Source of the DNA: a virus
Virus record (IMG/VR): IMGVR_UViG_3300032286_001864
Location: 17,949-81,948 of that record
Strand: one strand, 5' to 3'
Length of the DNA stretch: 64,000 nt
Under the pieces are notes generated by a model. That model was not told where the DNA came from and searched no databases. It saw only the letters and a list, made by a program, of their open reading frames with translations. Positions within the stretch are counted from its first letter, which is position 1. Each line of letters opens with the position of its first letter. Shown here piece by piece: positions 8,200 to 17,180 of this stretch. The position numbers and the translations under genes were made by a program.

Positions 8200-10461
8200 G
8201 TGCCGTTCTCGCAGTATCTGGCCTCGAATCTGCTGAATTGGCATCGGCGTATAGGGATGCCAACGCCACCGGCGGCGATCTATATCTCCCTGCATATCGG
8301 CTCGCCAGGGAGGAGCGGCACGCAAGGTGATGTCACGGTTGGCTTGATCAGGACTCGCGGGGTCATCAAGGCAGCTGACTGGAGTGCGCCGATGACGAGC
8401 CGACAGGGGGACACCTGGCTGTTTGTGATCACCAACCTGGTCGTCGTGCCGCTGGCGACAAAGGCAGGCGCAACGGTGACCATCTCACACTTCGGCTGCT
8501 GGGATGCCGAGCAGGGAGGCAACTTCCTCAATCACGGCACGATCGCAGGACCGTTCACGGTGATCGCTGGTGATGCTGTCCGTTTTCCGCCCGGCAGCTT
8601 GATCATCCAGGTCCCATCACCGGCGGTGTTGTTCCCGGTGGCGATCCTCAGTGGTCCTGCCTTGATGCAATTGCTACCGGCGGGGACGTTGACCAGAACG
8701 GCCGACCCTTGCGCTCCGGGCGCTGTGACAGTGCCCGCCTTTACGTTACCCGCAAACCCTAATACAATAACACCTGATGATACCATTCGTACTTTTGGCT
8801 TCCAGTTTATAACAACCATTGATCGGGTGCTCAAGAAGGTTGGGATCTACGCTTGGACAACAACTGCCCACAGTATCGGCATCTGGGATTTTACACCAAG
8901 CTCCCCTCAGCTGCTATGGCAGAAGCAGATACTCCTGTCGGACCCATACATCCTTGATCAGGGGTTCCGCTGGTATGACGGACCTAACTTGATCCTAAGG
9001 GCAGGGAGGTTCTATGCGATTGCAGCAACCTGGAGTGGGCCTGATCCGATCCCGGCTCAGCTTAATCCGGTTGTTGGCGATGCAGTTACCAACATAGCCA
9101 ATTTCTCGCTAAACAATACCGCCGTGCGGATAAACGGTCCTCTTCCATCGTCGCACCTGACCGACTTGAACGCATTCGCCCCGGCAGGGACCTCCGGCAC
9201 TGATAACAAGGGGTATTACACGGTTAACATGCAGCTCTCTGACTGTATCCCAACCGCCCCTTGTGATCCAGGTTACCCGACAGTGCCCACCTTTACGTTA
9301 CCTGCAAACCCCAGCACAATAACACCTGGCTCAGCAGTTCGTGTTTTTGGCTATAATTTTGATACGGAAATTGATCGGGTCGTCAAAAAAGTTGGTATTT
9401 ACGCTCAGACAGCAAGGGATCACACTATTGGCATCTGGGATTTTACAGGCGCTCCCCAGCTGCTATGGCAGAAGCAGATACTCCTGTCGAACCCATACAT
9501 CCTTGATCAGGGGTTCCGCTGGTATGACGGACCTAACTTGATTCTAAAAGCGGGGAGGCGTTACGCAATTGCAGCAACCTGGGGCAGTAGCGAGCCTGTG
9601 CCCGCTGGAGTAAGCCCAGGTGACATTGCGGTCAACATAAACCGACTGAGCTTGAACGACAGTGCAAGAAGAGTGCCGGGAAACCCTCTGCCGTCGTCAT
9701 ACCTGACCGACCTGAACGCCTTCCCCCCGGACGGGACTTCCGTCACTGATAACAAGGGGTATTACACGGTTAACATGCAGCTCTCTGACTGTATCCCAAC
9801 CGCCCCTTGTGATCCAGGTTACCCGACAGTGCCCACCTTTACGTTACCCGCGAATCCCAGGACAATAACGCCTGATAATAACATTCGTGTTTTTGGTTTT
9901 GCTTTTAGTACAGGGATCAACCGTGTGATCAAGAAGGTTGGTATCTACGCTCAGACAACAACTGACCATAGTATCGGCGTCTGGGATTTTTCCGCCACTC
10001 CGCCCCGGCTGCTATGGCAGAAGCAAATCTCCTTGTCGGACCCGTACATCCTTGATCAGGGGTACCGCTGGTATGATACGCCCGACATCTTGCTACGAGG
10101 CGAACTCCCTCCCAGCATCCTGTCTCGTTACGTGATAGGAACAACCTGGGCTGGCGAACCGATCCCCGCTCAGCTTGATCCGGCCTACGGAATCGCAACC
10201 ATCAATATACTTAATTTCTCATTAGACAACACCGCGAGGATTGCATCGGGAAGCCCTCGACCATCGTCGCATCTGACTGACCTGAACGCTTACCCCCCGG
10301 CTGGTACCTCCGGCACTGATGAAAAGGGGTACTACACGGTTAACATGCAGCTCTCTGACTGTGTTCCTGAGTCACTGCTGTTCCCACAGAAGACCCTCTA
10401 TGGCTCTGCCTTGATGCAAGCCCCGGCGGCGGGGACGCTGACGAGGATCCGCCCGGCTTAG
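8200..10461 (+). CDS. Tail-fibre-like protein with three tandem DUF4082-like beta domains
   Basis: Likely GTG start at 8200 (MPFSQYLASNLLNW...HFGCWDA, a tail-protein N-domain); three ~180-aa repeats FGFxF...KKVGIY...HSIGIWD...GFRWYD. Confidence 0.7.
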   Translation: MPFSQYLASNLLNWHRRIGMPTPPAAIYISLHIGSPGRSGTQGDVTVGLIRTRGVIKAADWSAPMTSRQGDTWLFVITNLVVVPLATKAGATVTISHFGCWDAEQGGNFLNHGTIAGPFTVIAGDAVRFPPGSLIIQVPSPAVLFPVAILSGPALMQLLPAGTLTRTADPCAPGAVTVPAFTLPANPNTITPDDTIRTFGFQFITTIDRVLKKVGIYAWTTTAHSIGIWDFTPSSPQLLWQKQILLSDPYILDQGFRWYDGPNLILRAGRFYAIAATWSGPDPIPAQLNPVVGDAVTNIANFSLNNTAVRINGPLPSSHLTDLNAFAPAGTSGTDNKGYYTVNMQLSDCIPTAPCDPGYPTVPTFTLPANPSTITPGSAVRVFGYNFDTEIDRVVKKVGIYAQTARDHTIGIWDFTGAPQLLWQKQILLSNPYILDQGFRWYDGPNLILKAGRRYAIAATWGSSEPVPAGVSPGDIAVNINRLSLNDSARRVPGNPLPSSYLTDLNAFPPDGTSVTDNKGYYTVNMQLSDCIPTAPCDPGYPTVPTFTLPANPRTITPDNNIRVFGFAFSTGINRVIKKVGIYAQTTTDHSIGVWDFSATPPRLLWQKQISLSDPYILDQGYRWYDTPDILLRGELPPSILSRYVIGTTWAGEPIPAQLDPAYGIATINILNFSLDNTARIASGSPRPSSHLTDLNAYPPAGTSGTDEKGYYTVNMQLSDCVPESLLFPQKTLYGSALMQAPAAGTLTRIRPA
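8705..10365 (+). repeat. Three ~545-bp tandem coding repeats
   Basis: Identical ~100-nt junction (ACTGATAACAAGGGGTATTACACGG...CTTTACGTTACC) near 9199 and 9745; lower GC than the flanks. Confidence 0.9.
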
Positions 10462-10530
10462 AGCAGGGAGCGCTGCTTCGCTAGAATCACCAGGCACGGC
10501 CTCTCGCATCGATTCGTCCGGACGTAAGCC

Positions 10531-11178
10531 ATGGCCCTTATTACGACTCGGAACCAGAAGGGCGCTGCACTGACCTTCAGTGAGGTTGATGCCAACTTTG
10601 TTGCCCTAAACAACGATATTGCCAACCTGTCTTCGAGCGTCTATACCGCTGTGCCGGTTGGAACGGTCATTTCCTTTGCGGGGTTTTCACCTCCCTACGG
10701 CTGGCTGAAGGCAAACGGCGATACAGTTACCAACGGCTTGGGAACAGTCCAAGGCGTTACAGCGAACTTCGCCGCTTTGTATGCCGTGCTAGGCGCGCCC
10801 GGGAGGCTCCCTGATCTTCGCGGTGAGTTTGTGCGGGGCGCGGACGATGGACGCGGCGTTGACCCCTCCAGGGCGATCGGCAGCTTGCAGGGCGGCAGCT
10901 TTCAAAGCCACGACCACGGAATCTCCGATCCGGGCCACGACCACGGCGCCGCCGACCTTGGTCACTCGCACAGTTACACCCGGAGCGGGGATAACAACCA
11001 GGTCCTAGCAGGCGGCCAAGCCGGGCGGTGTAACTCGGGCGTCTTCCCCAGCAATACCGACCCTGGCGCTGCCAACATCGTTGTCTATCCCCACGGGACC
11101 AACATCGCCGTCCAAGCTGCGGGTGGGAGCGAGACGCGCCCGCGCAACGTGGCACTGCTGTACTGCATCAAGTATTGA
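10531..11178 (+). CDS. Phage tail collar domain protein
   Basis: VPVGTVISFAG..PPYGWLKANG, LPDLRGEFVRG.DDGRGVD, ETRPRNVALLYCIKY. Confidence 0.85.
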   Translation: MALITTRNQKGAALTFSEVDANFVALNNDIANLSSSVYTAVPVGTVISFAGFSPPYGWLKANGDTVTNGLGTVQGVTANFAALYAVLGAPGRLPDLRGEFVRGADDGRGVDPSRAIGSLQGGSFQSHDHGISDPGHDHGAADLGHSHSYTRSGDNNQVLAGGQAGRCNSGVFPSNTDPGAANIVVYPHGTNIAVQAAGGSETRPRNVALLYCIKY

Positions 11179-11374
11179 GTGCTGACTGCTGGTCGCCGAC
11201 TACGGGGCGCGGCACAAACGCCCGGATCAGGCTGCCAGCTTCCAGCTTCTCGAGTGTCGTCCAGCGGATCTGGCAAAGCCGGCAGCCGCGTCGTCGCCGG
11301 ACAGCGCCGTCACCGCGGTGAACAGTATTGAGCACGCAGGCATGGTCAATAGAATCGCAGTTCGGGCAACGCAT
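11168..11374 (-). CDS. NrdR-like N-terminal zinc-ribbon protein
   Basis: MRCPNCDS...VRRRRGCRLCQIRWTTLE; ATG at 11374; no ATP-cone domain. Confidence 0.7.
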   Translation of the reverse strand: MRCPNCDSIDHACVLNTVHRGDGAVRRRRGCRLCQIRWTTLEKLEAGSLIRAFVPRPVVGDQQSALNT

Positions 11375-11457
11375 CAGCCGAGCCGGGAGCAAAGTGCTAG
11401 CCAAGGCTGGCAGAACGCCAAGGCAGGCGGTAACCTGCTGGCACCGATGCAGCCGCG

Positions 11458-11952
11458 ATGACCGCCGAGTCTTACGAACAGCAGCCTTTGCCGGGGCTTG
11501 AGCACCTGTGCCCGCCTGTCTTAGCTGATACCCAGCGGCAGCTTGCCCTGAGCAAGGCCAGAGTCGAGATGACGGAAGCCATGTACCAAGCCAGCGGGCG
11601 GAGCGATCCGACTCATCCGATGAACGGAAAGTACACCGGGCTCTGGGTCGAGCTCTGCCTGACGACCGGGCGGGCACTGCTGGAGCACGCCCTGCTTTAT
11701 CCGGAGGACGTGCAGGTGACCGCACGATCGGCGCCCCAAAGCCATGACGTCGATCTCGGTTCGGTAGGGCCGTCCCTCGAGGGGATGTTCGCTATTCGCA
11801 AGCAGGCGCTCGCCGATGGGGCCGAATCGATCCGCTTGCAACGCGAGTCCGACCGGTTGCGCGCTGCCTACTTCCATGGCTTGGCAGCTCTGGACGACTC
11901 CCCGGGAGACAGCCCGTTTGCGGTGCTGGGGACGTCGGCGGTGCACTTGTGA
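11458..11952 (+). CDS. Hypothetical protein
   Basis: 164-aa ORF with phage-like composition. Confidence 0.55.
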   Translation: MTAESYEQQPLPGLEHLCPPVLADTQRQLALSKARVEMTEAMYQASGRSDPTHPMNGKYTGLWVELCLTTGRALLEHALLYPEDVQVTARSAPQSHDVDLGSVGPSLEGMFAIRKQALADGAESIRLQRESDRLRAAYFHGLAALDDSPGDSPFAVLGTSAVHL

Positions 11953-12075
11953 AGGTAGACGACATTGAGCGGCTGCTCGCTGGGCGGCGGCTAGAGGACG
12001 TCCTCTTCGAGAGCAATGCCGCCGAGTACGCGGACTGCGTCAAGGCCCGTCAGGCCAGCGCCATTTACCGAGCCT

Positions 12076-12372
12076 ATGGACCCGACGCCCTACGAAACCA
12101 GCATCCAGGAAGTCGCCGCGGTCCTTCAAGCCCGGACCCTACTGCTGCGTCTCAGCGATCACCAGCTGACACCGCGGGTCCCTCGGGAGATACGAGCAGA
12201 GGCTCGTGCGCTTCTGCGCTGGTTCCCTCGGGCAGAGCGACTGAGGCCTGTCCTGGAGGGACCGGCGCATCTGCAGCGACAAGCCAGGCGCCTCCTTGAG
12301 GCCGAAACTTTTCGTAATAACCCAATTCCAAGCCCCGAAACAACCCAAGGCGGGACCCCTTCTTCTCTGTAG
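12076..12372 (+). CDS. BPSL0761-like small protein
   Basis: AVLQARTLLLRL...TPRVPREIRAEARALLRWFP; likely ATG start at 12076. Confidence 0.6.
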   Translation: MDPTPYETSIQEVAAVLQARTLLLRLSDHQLTPRVPREIRAEARALLRWFPRAERLRPVLEGPAHLQRQARRLLEAETFRNNPIPSPETTQGGTPSSL

Positions 12373-12397
12373 CACCATGGACGCCAGGACTGCTTTG

Positions 12398-13666
12398 TTA
12401 CGAATTGCTGCTCGGGCGGTCTCGCAGCCGAATTTCGACCCGGTTGGGATCCCCGACGTAGAGAACCTCGTCAACAAGCTCCAGCAGCACTGCCCGGAGT
12501 TCTTCCGTGGTAGCGGCTTCAAGCACGCCGGGTCGCAACAGGAGCTCCTGCAGGCCGGTCCAGTTCGCTGAATTGATCGGCGGCGGCGCCAGCAACTCCA
12601 GTCGCAGTGTTTCGATGGCCTGAGCCAGGCCGGGTACCCCCTGGGCGGCTAAGGCTTCCAGCTGCTCGAGATGTGCTCGCTTGATGCGTTCCTCTGGGCT
12701 GGGCTCAACTTCCCCCGAGGACGCGGCATTGAGGGGACCCAACAGGGCGGCACCTCGCAGGGCTTCGAGCGCCTGGTTGATGACCTTCCATTCCGCAAGG
12801 CCGCGACCCCAGCGCGGGCAGTGCAGATGCGTGCACTTCAGCCGGGGGAGGCCATGAGCAATGGTGTAGTGCATGGCCTTGCCGCACTCCGAGCAGCGGA
12901 CCAGGCCGGAGAGAGCGCGAATCACCCGAGGGGCTCTGGTGCCTCCCCTCTGGCGGGAGTCGATCAGCCGCCGCGCCTGTTGCCATTCCTGCCAGGAGAT
13001 CAGAGCGGCGACTCGGTCTGGCTCGTTGCTGACGATGCCCCGCAGGATGGGATTGTCGATCCAGCGGGCCAGGCCGCGAGGGCTCCAGTCCAGGCCGTGC
13101 AAGCGGATCGTGCCCGGCAGGTTGAACTCTTGCGCGGCTAGCTGCTCCCAGAGATTACGGGCCTCTGGAAATCGCTCTGGATGGGGTACCACCTGGGAGC
13201 CGTCGTACAGGTAGCCGAAGGGGACCCGGCCGCAGGCATAGTGACCGGCGGCCTTCCTGCGCGATAGGCCGTTTTTGATGTTGATGCTCTTGATCATGGA
13301 GTCGACCTCGTTGACTACGCTCATCACCCCGGTGATCATCCGATCGGCCGGTTTGTCGACCTGAGACGGCGTACCGTCCAGAAGCCGTACCTCGATTCCC
13401 AGTCGAGCGCAGATCCGGAACAGTTGCACGTCTTCCCCCCGGCGGCTCATCCGTTGCTGGGACCCAAAGACGACCCGACGAACGCGCCCTGATGCGACGA
13501 GTCCGAGTAGCTCCTCCCAGCCCGGGCGCGTGCCGTCCTTGAATGCTGACTTCCGTTCAGAGATCACGCGATCGCAGCCGGCTCCGTACAGCTGCTGGAT
13601 TTGTCCCTCGATACTGGTGTCCTGCTCGACTTTGTCGGTCGAGACGCGGGCGTAGCCGATGATCAC
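12398..13666 (-). CDS. Large serine recombinase (integrase)
   Basis: GYARVST catalytic motif, GRVPFGY recombinase domain, LSGLVRCSECG...C.HLHC zinc ribbon, coiled coil. Confidence 0.92.
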   Translation of the reverse strand: MIIGYARVSTDKVEQDTSIEGQIQQLYGAGCDRVISERKSAFKDGTRPGWEELLGLVASGRVRRVVFGSQQRMSRRGEDVQLFRICARLGIEVRLLDGTPSQVDKPADRMITGVMSVVNEVDSMIKSINIKNGLSRRKAAGHYACGRVPFGYLYDGSQVVPHPERFPEARNLWEQLAAQEFNLPGTIRLHGLDWSPRGLARWIDNPILRGIVSNEPDRVAALISWQEWQQARRLIDSRQRGGTRAPRVIRALSGLVRCSECGKAMHYTIAHGLPRLKCTHLHCPRWGRGLAEWKVINQALEALRGAALLGPLNAASSGEVEPSPEERIKRAHLEQLEALAAQGVPGLAQAIETLRLELLAPPPINSANWTGLQELLLRPGVLEAATTEELRAVLLELVDEVLYVGDPNRVEIRLRDRPSSNS

Positions 13667-13691
13667 GGGCCAGGAGCAGCTAAGAGGAGCG

Positions 13692-13737
13692 TAGTGCTTA
13701 GCGGCCCTTTTCCTTGGAGAAGGCCTCTTAAGTACTA
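13692..13737. other. Candidate attP site
   Basis: 22-bp imperfect inverted arms (16/22 match) around a central TT, 25 bp upstream of the integrase start. Confidence 0.6.
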
Positions 13738-13867
13738 GGCGGCTTAACTCGGAGCCCCAGTGCCCTGGTGCACGGAATCGACGAACACCGCGGAGCGTGA
13801 ACCAAGGCCGCGGATGAGGCGATGCTTGCCCTGGCTAGCATGGCGTTAGCTAGGAGCAGAATCCAAG

Positions 13868-15007
13868 ATGGCGACCAGGAGGTTATTCGGGCAGACCTAC
13901 GACGAGATCGCCATCGTTGCCGCTGCGCCGATTCCGGTGGACGTTGGCTCAGCCGTGGTCAACATTGGGACGGCTGTTGAAATATCGAACGACGCCGGGA
14001 ACCCGCTGCCGGTTTCGGGAAGCGTCAGCATCACCGGAAGCGCAGCGGTCACCGGCCCGCTCACGGACACGCAGCTCAGGGCTACTGCGGTGCCTGTCTC
14101 CGGCACGTTCTGGCAGGCCACTCAGCCAATTTCGGGAAGCGTTTCGATCACGGGGACCCCAACCGTTACCGGGCCACTGACTGACACACAGCTGCGAGCG
14201 ACCGCTGTTCCCGTCTCTGGCACGTTCTGGCAGGCCACTCAGCCAGTAAGCGGCAGCGTTTCGATCACGGGCACCGCAGCAGTTTCAGGACCGCTCACGG
14301 ACACCCAGCTCCGCGCTACTGCGGTGCCTGTCTCCGGCACGTTCTGGCAGGCCACGCAGCCTGTCTCCGCCGCTTCCCTGCCGCTCCCCAGTGGCGCTGC
14401 GACAAGCGCCAACCAGACCACCACCAACACCAGCCTGAGCAGCATCGACGGCAAGTTGGCTGCCTTGCAATCTGGAGCCGTCCCGATCGGCGACAACAGC
14501 GCCAGCCTCACCGTTGACGGCACCGCCTACGCCGCCACGGTGTCGTTCACCAGGCCTGCCAATACGACGGCCTACACCGCTGGCGATGTGATTGGAACCG
14601 GCGCCAGCAACGACGCCATTCACACCCTGAGCAGCATTGGCAGCAGCGGCGGCTATGTGGTGGTGCAGAGCATCGAGCTGGTCTTGGGGATCAGCGCGGT
14701 GCCGTCTGGCATGACGTCATTCCGAGTTCACTTTTACGACAGCTCGCCCACCGCAGCGGCCGACAACTCCGTGTTCGATGTTGCCAGCGGCGACCGCGCC
14801 AAGTATTTGGGCTACATCGACATGCCTGCCCCGGTTGACCTGGGCTCCACGTGCTTCACGCAGATCGACTACCCCGGCAAGCTGTTCAAATTGGCCAGTG
14901 CCAGCACTTCCCTGTTCTGCGAGTTGCAGACCATCGGGGGCTTCACCCCTGCGGCTAACTCCGAGGCCTACATCCTGCGGGTCAAGACCCTGGAAGCTGG
15001 TAAGTAA
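13868..15007 (+). CDS. Fibre-like virion protein with three 39-aa repeats
   Basis: SGSVSITGxxxVxGPLTDTQLRATAVPVSGTFWQATQP three times (117-nt period, ~14014-14365). Confidence 0.75.
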   Translation: MATRRLFGQTYDEIAIVAAAPIPVDVGSAVVNIGTAVEISNDAGNPLPVSGSVSITGSAAVTGPLTDTQLRATAVPVSGTFWQATQPISGSVSITGTPTVTGPLTDTQLRATAVPVSGTFWQATQPVSGSVSITGTAAVSGPLTDTQLRATAVPVSGTFWQATQPVSAASLPLPSGAATSANQTTTNTSLSSIDGKLAALQSGAVPIGDNSASLTVDGTAYAATVSFTRPANTTAYTAGDVIGTGASNDAIHTLSSIGSSGGYVVVQSIELVLGISAVPSGMTSFRVHFYDSSPTAAADNSVFDVASGDRAKYLGYIDMPAPVDLGSTCFTQIDYPGKLFKLASASTSLFCELQTIGGFTPAANSEAYILRVKTLEAGK

Positions 15008-16284
15008 TGGGCCATCCAATCCGCAGAACGCAAGCTGCACCCTGGCTGAAGGATTCGTTATGGCGCGGGGCGCTGGCGGTGCCGTCGCTCGATCTGCGCT
15101 TTGCTGATAACAAGTCTTTGATGGATTCGGTTTCGGGTCAGAACCTGATCACGTTCTCCCGTGCCAGTTCGGCAACGTACATCGACTCCACGGGGACACT
15201 GCAAACGGCCTCAACGGATGTGCCGAGGTTTGATCACAACCCAACCACCGGGGAGAGCTTGGGGCTGCTGGTGGAGGAGCAGAGGACAAATTTGTTGTTA
15301 CAGTCGGAGAATCTTGGGACAACTTGGACGCTTTCTGAAGCGACTGTCTCATTAAATACAGCCATTGCTCCAGACGGTCAAACCACGGCAGATACTGTAA
15401 TACCTAGCAATGGTGCTCTTGGAGTTCCTCGCCAAGATGTTCTACTCTCAGACTCAACTATTTATACTTTTTCAGTATTTTTTAAAACGGCTGGCCTCAA
15501 CAGTGTTAATCTTCAATTTTTCAACAAAACAAATACTTTTCATGGAAGTAAAAATTTAGATTTATCCACTGGTGCTCTTTCTGGTAGCGAATATATAGGC
15601 GCTACATCAGTTGTTGCCTATGGTAATGGCTGGTATAGATTGATACTGGCCAACCTTGGCAGTGGCACAGGAGCAACCAGTCCAAACGTTCGCATTGTTC
15701 CTAGTACAACAGGCAACGGTACTTCAGGGTTTTATATCTGGGGCGCACAACTAGAAGCCGGATCTTTCCCCACCAGCTACATCCCCACCACCACCGCAGC
15801 CGCCACCAGGGCCGCCGATGTTGCAACGATTACGGGCACGGCGTTCAGTTCGTGGTATCGGCAGGATGAGGGGACGGTGTTTGCAGCAGTTTACTTGCCT
15901 CAATTAGGAAAGGCGGCACGGATTATAGCGGTTGATGATGGAAACTTCGTCAACATGTTAGATATAACAACAACCGGCTTAGATACTATGGGGATTGAAG
16001 CAGTAGCTAGCGGTAGCTATGGAGGAGGCATTATATCGTCAAATTCTTTTGCAAATGCCAATCCAAAGATTGCTGCAACGTACAGCTCTGGTGCAAATGA
16101 ATCGGCGTGCCTTAATGGGGGCACAGTTGCAAGTGGAAATATCACGCTGCCATCAACATCATTGACAACAATGCGGTTGGGGTGGCAATCAAATTTTGCG
16201 AATTTCTTAAACGGCACCATCCGCCGCCTCACCTACTTCCCCGCCCGCCTCCCCGACACCACGTTGCAGAGGCTCACGCAGTGA
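15007..16284 (+). CDS. Head-spike/tail fibre protein with carbohydrate-binding and LamG-like domains
   Basis: ITFSRASSATY...PRFDHNPTTGESLGLLVEEQRTNLL, NGWYR, WGAQLEAGSFPTSYIPT, RLTYFPARL. Confidence 0.75.
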   Translation: MGHPIRRTQAAPWLKDSLWRGALAVPSLDLRFADNKSLMDSVSGQNLITFSRASSATYIDSTGTLQTASTDVPRFDHNPTTGESLGLLVEEQRTNLLLQSENLGTTWTLSEATVSLNTAIAPDGQTTADTVIPSNGALGVPRQDVLLSDSTIYTFSVFFKTAGLNSVNLQFFNKTNTFHGSKNLDLSTGALSGSEYIGATSVVAYGNGWYRLILANLGSGTGATSPNVRIVPSTTGNGTSGFYIWGAQLEAGSFPTSYIPTTTAAATRAADVATITGTAFSSWYRQDEGTVFAAVYLPQLGKAARIIAVDDGNFVNMLDITTTGLDTMGIEAVASGSYGGGIISSNSFANANPKIAATYSSGANESACLNGGTVASGNITLPSTSLTTMRLGWQSNFANFLNGTIRRLTYFPARLPDTTLQRLTQ

Positions 16285-16628
16285 TCTGCTATCAATTCCC
16301 CAGCCGCGCAATCTGGAGAACCCTGGCCCTACAGACCGGCCTGGCTGCCTTGGTAGGCGGAGAGTTCCAACTACTCGGCGGCCACAATATTGCCATCGAC
16401 GAAGTTGGAACGGTGGTAGATGTTGAGGCAATGCTTGATGCCAATGGGACTGTGATCACCCCTGCCGTCCTGGCGCCTGGGTTTCATGTCAACCTGATCC
16501 ACCCCGACCCGCCGCAGCAGCTTGACTCATATTTGATCGTGGTCAACTCTCCCAGCCGAATCTTCCTGGGTCAGGACGGGTCGGTCCCCGATGACGAACT
16601 CCTGGCCACCATTGAAACCCTGTTGTAG
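16281..16628 (+). CDS. Probable fibre assembly/accessory protein
   Basis: GTG overlaps the fibre stop; IDEVG...GFHVNL...P.R.F pattern typical downstream of such fibres. Confidence 0.6.
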   Translation: MICYQFPSRAIWRTLALQTGLAALVGGEFQLLGGHNIAIDEVGTVVDVEAMLDANGTVITPAVLAPGFHVNLIHPDPPQQLDSYLIVVNSPSRIFLGQDGSVPDDELLATIETLL

Positions 16629-16630
16629 CC

Positions 16631-16768
16631 ATGCCTGAAAATCCCTACCTCCGCGCTGCTCGCACCCCTGCCGGGAAGCTGCGGCTCAGGCCCATGGTTG
16701 TCAGGATCCGGTTAAAGCGTCCCAGGCCGCCGAAGCCGCCGGGGAAAGCGGGGAAGGGTGCAGCCTGA
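16631..16768 (+). CDS. Small basic protein (45 aa)
   Basis: MPENPYLRAARTPAGKLRLRPMVVRIRLKRPRPPKPPGKAGKGAA; below the ORF-track cutoff. Confidence 0.45.
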   Translation: MPENPYLRAARTPAGKLRLRPMVVRIRLKRPRPPKPPGKAGKGAA

Positions 16769-16829
16769 GCCAGGCGCCATGACCGCCCCGTTTGCTCGCT
16801 CCTAGGCTGATCCCAACCGGGGTACACGC

Positions 16830-17177
16830 GTGGAGGAAGAAGTCCTACCGCTTGAGCAGCTGTTCCAGCTGCGTCGCCTGCGGGACCAGTTGCAGGGCCA
16901 TGACCGCGAAGAGCTGATGGAGATCATCCTGCAGGGGCACGAGAGGCTGCTGATCGAGCGTCGCTGGTTTCGAATGGTCATGGAAGCTACGGGGATCGAG
17001 ACCAGCGAAAGCAGCGGCGAGTTTCAGCTCATGCCCGAAACAGAGGAGGAATTGATCGCGGTCTTCGGGAGGGTGCCGAGCGAAGAGGAGCTGACCGCCT
17101 ACGTGAATGAACGCCTTGAGGCCGCCAGAATAGACGACGTGGACATCGAGGCGATCGCCCTCGGCTTGGAGGATTGA
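16830..17177 (+). CDS. nblA: NblA-like protein with acidic C-terminal extension
   Basis: LPLEQLFQLRRLRDQLQGHDREELMEIILQGHERLLIERRWFRMVM matches the LSLEQQFxL...SREQ... NblA pattern. Confidence 0.6.
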   Translation: MEEEVLPLEQLFQLRRLRDQLQGHDREELMEIILQGHERLLIERRWFRMVMEATGIETSESSGEFQLMPETEEELIAVFGRVPSEEELTAYVNERLEAARIDDVDIEAIALGLED

Positions 17178-17180
17178 GCC

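Noticed and set aside
8705-10365. Diversity-generating retroelement TR/VR pair in the fibre repeats
   Set aside because: The differences I compared are not adenine-specific, all copies are in-frame coding domains, and no reverse transcriptase is present in the window.
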